Shown here: positions 61,870-64,000 of the stretch, piece by piece
Layout: every line of letters begins with the position of its first letter
How positions within the stretch are numbered: the stretch's first letter is position 1
Origin: Desulfosudaceae bacterium
Lineage (GTDB): Bacteria; Desulfobacterota; Desulfobacteria; Desulfobacterales; Desulfosudaceae
Assembly: GCA_963674745.2 (NCBI GenBank)
Contig: CAXXDV010000001.1
Span: forward strand, 832,001-896,000
DNA length: 64,000 bases
Reading direction: 5' to 3'
The notes under the pieces: model-generated
Databases searched by the model: none
What the model saw: the letters and a program-made list of their open reading frames with translations, nothing else
Told to the model about the DNA's origin: nothing
Program-made: the position numbers and the translations under genes

Positions 61870-63099
61870 GTGTCGGAAAAAAAGTACCAGGTCCTTTTTT
61901 ATGGCGAGATATTACCGGGCTCGGATATTGAAACAGTAAAGAACAACCTGGCTGAAATTTTCAATGTTGATAAAAAAAAGATTGAGGGCCTGTTTTCCGG
62001 TGGAAAAAAAGTTGTCAAAAAAAATTCGTCACGTGACGTGTGTGAAAAAACCAAAAAAGTATTCGCGTCCGCCGGAGCGGTCGCGTCAGTCGTTCCCCAG
62101 GGGGACCGATCAGCACCACCACCGGTAAGGAAAGAACCCGCCCCCGGAGAAAAGCCCCCGGCCAGGGCTGCAACCCCGCCCCCGATACCCGATAACGTCC
62201 CTGGCAAACGACCTGACAGCACCAGTGCCGAGAAGAATATCAATAAGACCGTACTGCTGCTGCTGACTTTTTTTCTGGGGGGGTTCGGTGTTCACAAGTT
62301 TTACCTGGCTAAAAACATCCAGGGGATTTTTTATTTTCTGCTCTCCTGGACCTTTATCCCGTTGCTTTTTTCTGTGGTTGACTTTCTGATATACCTCTTT
62401 ACAGATGAAGAAAAACTAAACGGCAAATACCGGGCCGGCGCAACCCCCCTGGTCATCATAATGGCGGTATGCGGGCCATTTGTCTTTATCATCGCACTGA
62501 GCACGGTCATGGCCATCGCCTTTCCCATTTTTCTGCTCTCCGATACGGGACAGAAGACGCTTGCACCGATCATGGAAAAAGCGTTTTCACAATCGCTTGA
62601 ATTCGAAGTGTCCGAAAACGCTACCGGAACCATGCCGGCGCCTTCTTCGAAAATGGCGATGAAACAATCCGGTTTTGCTGAAGAAACCGCAGCATTAAAA
62701 GCCGGGGGCACCTGTTCCGGAAAAATCCATGGGCAGCCTTTTTCAGTTGATAATGCCTATATTCAAAATGGTATTTTACATCTGGGACAGGGTACCGGCT
62801 TTTTTGCGGACCAGGAGATGGTTATTTTCATGTTTCTGAAGGACAATGACGTTTCCAGCCAACGCTTCCATGTCTCGGCAAACGATGATGGTTTTAACCA
62901 TCCCCATATCCACTTAAAATGGCAGTCCGGCGACGAGCCTGGACCCCAGACCGAAGTCGCCATGAAAGGATATGACCTGGACATCGAATTCGGGCAGGTT
63001 GTCGGCAAGACCGTTCAGGGCAAAATTGACCTGAACATACCCGGAGGCAAGGAGACCTGCCTGGCAGGGACATTTACTGCCGAAATCAGCGACGAATAA
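61870..63099 (+). CDS. TM2/NINE-domain membrane protein
   Basis: LLLTFFLGGFGVHKFYL TM2 motif; Pro-rich linker with TPPPIP; GGAG RBS. Confidence 0.75.
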   Translation: MSEKKYQVLFYGEILPGSDIETVKNNLAEIFNVDKKKIEGLFSGGKKVVKKNSSRDVCEKTKKVFASAGAVASVVPQGDRSAPPPVRKEPAPGEKPPARAATPPPIPDNVPGKRPDSTSAEKNINKTVLLLLTFFLGGFGVHKFYLAKNIQGIFYFLLSWTFIPLLFSVVDFLIYLFTDEEKLNGKYRAGATPLVIIMAVCGPFVFIIALSTVMAIAFPIFLLSDTGQKTLAPIMEKAFSQSLEFEVSENATGTMPAPSSKMAMKQSGFAEETAALKAGGTCSGKIHGQPFSVDNAYIQNGILHLGQGTGFFADQEMVIFMFLKDNDVSSQRFHVSANDDGFNHPHIHLKWQSGDEPGPQTEVAMKGYDLDIEFGQVVGKTVQGKIDLNIPGGKETCLAGTFTAEISDE

Positions 63100-63117
63100 C
63101 GTATAAAGCAAACCACT

Positions 63118-64000
63118 GTGGCACAAAAAAACAAAAAAACGACCGGCGGCGAAAAAAACAGCAACCGCGCGGATCAATCCCGCAAACGGATTCTGGCCGC
63201 CGCCAGAGCGGTGTTTGCCCAGTACCCCTATGGCGCTGCCGGTGTTCGAAAAATTGAAGAAGAAGGCGGTTTTAACTATGCCCTTATCCGGTATTATTTC
63301 GGCTCTAAAAAAGGGCTCTTTGAAGCGGTTTCATTTGATTTAATTAACGAATATATCCATCACATTCTGCCCGGCATAAAAACGTCGCTGGAGAACACCG
63401 CCCCCGAGACGGCGCTGCCCCGGTTTGTCAATGAAATGTTTGATTTTGCCTTTGACCACCCGGACGGCCCGACCACCGTGATGCTCAATATCGGCCAGAC
63501 CGAGCTGTTTGAAGACACCCTGCTCGGTCTTTCAGCCATGCGGCGTTATTTTACGCAAGTCACAAAAATCTTTAAGGCATCTATCCCGTTTGACGTCTCC
63601 GACCAGGAAGTCACCATGTGGGTTTTTGCTTTTACTGCCCTGACAGTGAACTTCGTCGGTGCCAGGGCCTTTCATGCCGCGGCGCTCAGCATGGACCCGG
63701 AAAGTGATGAATACCGGCAATGGGTCAAACAGGCCATACTGACCGTGTTCACGCCGGTATTGGAACGGTTTTTATACGGTCAGGGCGTTGACCCGGAAAT
63801 TGTTCTTTCCGAGGAGGCCAGGGCCTACTTCCCGGAGGCCCCGGCCCCGAACCCGACGTCCCAAAAGAAAAAAACCAAAGGTGACATGACCCGCGAGAAG
63901 ATTCTCGATGCGGCTCAATCTGTTTTCAGCAAACGGCCATACAACACGGCCAGTATCAGGCAGATCGGGCAGGCGGGCGGATTTGATTTTACCATCATTC
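63118..64000 (+). CDS. Tandem TetR-family regulator; runs off the window
   Basis: Hand translation: SRKRILAAARAVFAQYPYGAAGVRKI...LIRYYFGSKKGLF, then a second HTH TREKILDAAQSVFSKRPYNTASIRQIG. Confidence 0.85.
   Translation, partial: MAQKNKKTTGGEKNSNRADQSRKRILAAARAVFAQYPYGAAGVRKIEEEGGFNYALIRYYFGSKKGLFEAVSFDLINEYIHHILPGIKTSLENTAPETALPRFVNEMFDFAFDHPDGPTTVMLNIGQTELFEDTLLGLSAMRRYFTQVTKIFKASIPFDVSDQEVTMWVFAFTALTVNFVGARAFHAAALSMDPESDEYRQWVKQAILTVFTPVLERFLYGQGVDPEIVLSEEARAYFPEAPAPNPTSQKKKTKGDMTREKILDAAQSVFSKRPYNTASIRQIGQAGGFDFTII

Overview
This is a chromosomal window from a bacterium that looks like a Desulfobacterales-type deltaproteobacterium (inferred from gene content and style). The backbone is housekeeping: a methylmalonyl-CoA cluster (aminotransferase, epimerase, mutase, MeaB, carboxyltransferase, small subunit, 5S/biotin fusion), queA-tgt, gatB, rpsF-rpsR-rplI-dnaB-hflX-suhB, tRNA-Lys and tRNA-Glu, radA-rlmE-yebC, nadA, lolA, mutL, gatCA, argS and trkAH. 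Two accessory patches interrupt it. The first (11.9-16.8 kb) holds a toxin-first, probably leaderless PIN/Phd module, an SLC12-like transporter, a decayed MNT-HEPN module and a TIGR00266 protein. The second (30.6-40.9 kb, after tRNA-Glu) holds a decayed ParE module, a MerR/B12-radical-SAM/hydrolase operon, three orphan secreted proteins, katG and a GT39-TPR protein. The strongest leads are: (i) a stand-alone DnaA paralog with an altered recognition helix and an 11-bp-periodic array upstream; (ii) a family of 125-160 bp long-hairpin elements with different termini but shared bulged core motifs, including a collapsed copy; (iii) the MerR/B12-rSAM/Asp-hydrolase operon; (iv) GTAG-REP doublets with covarying stems; (v) a cobalamin-riboswitch Ton motor operon that lacks tonB and a receptor. 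I found no CRISPR array, integrase or transposase. All family calls come from motif recognition, not database searches.
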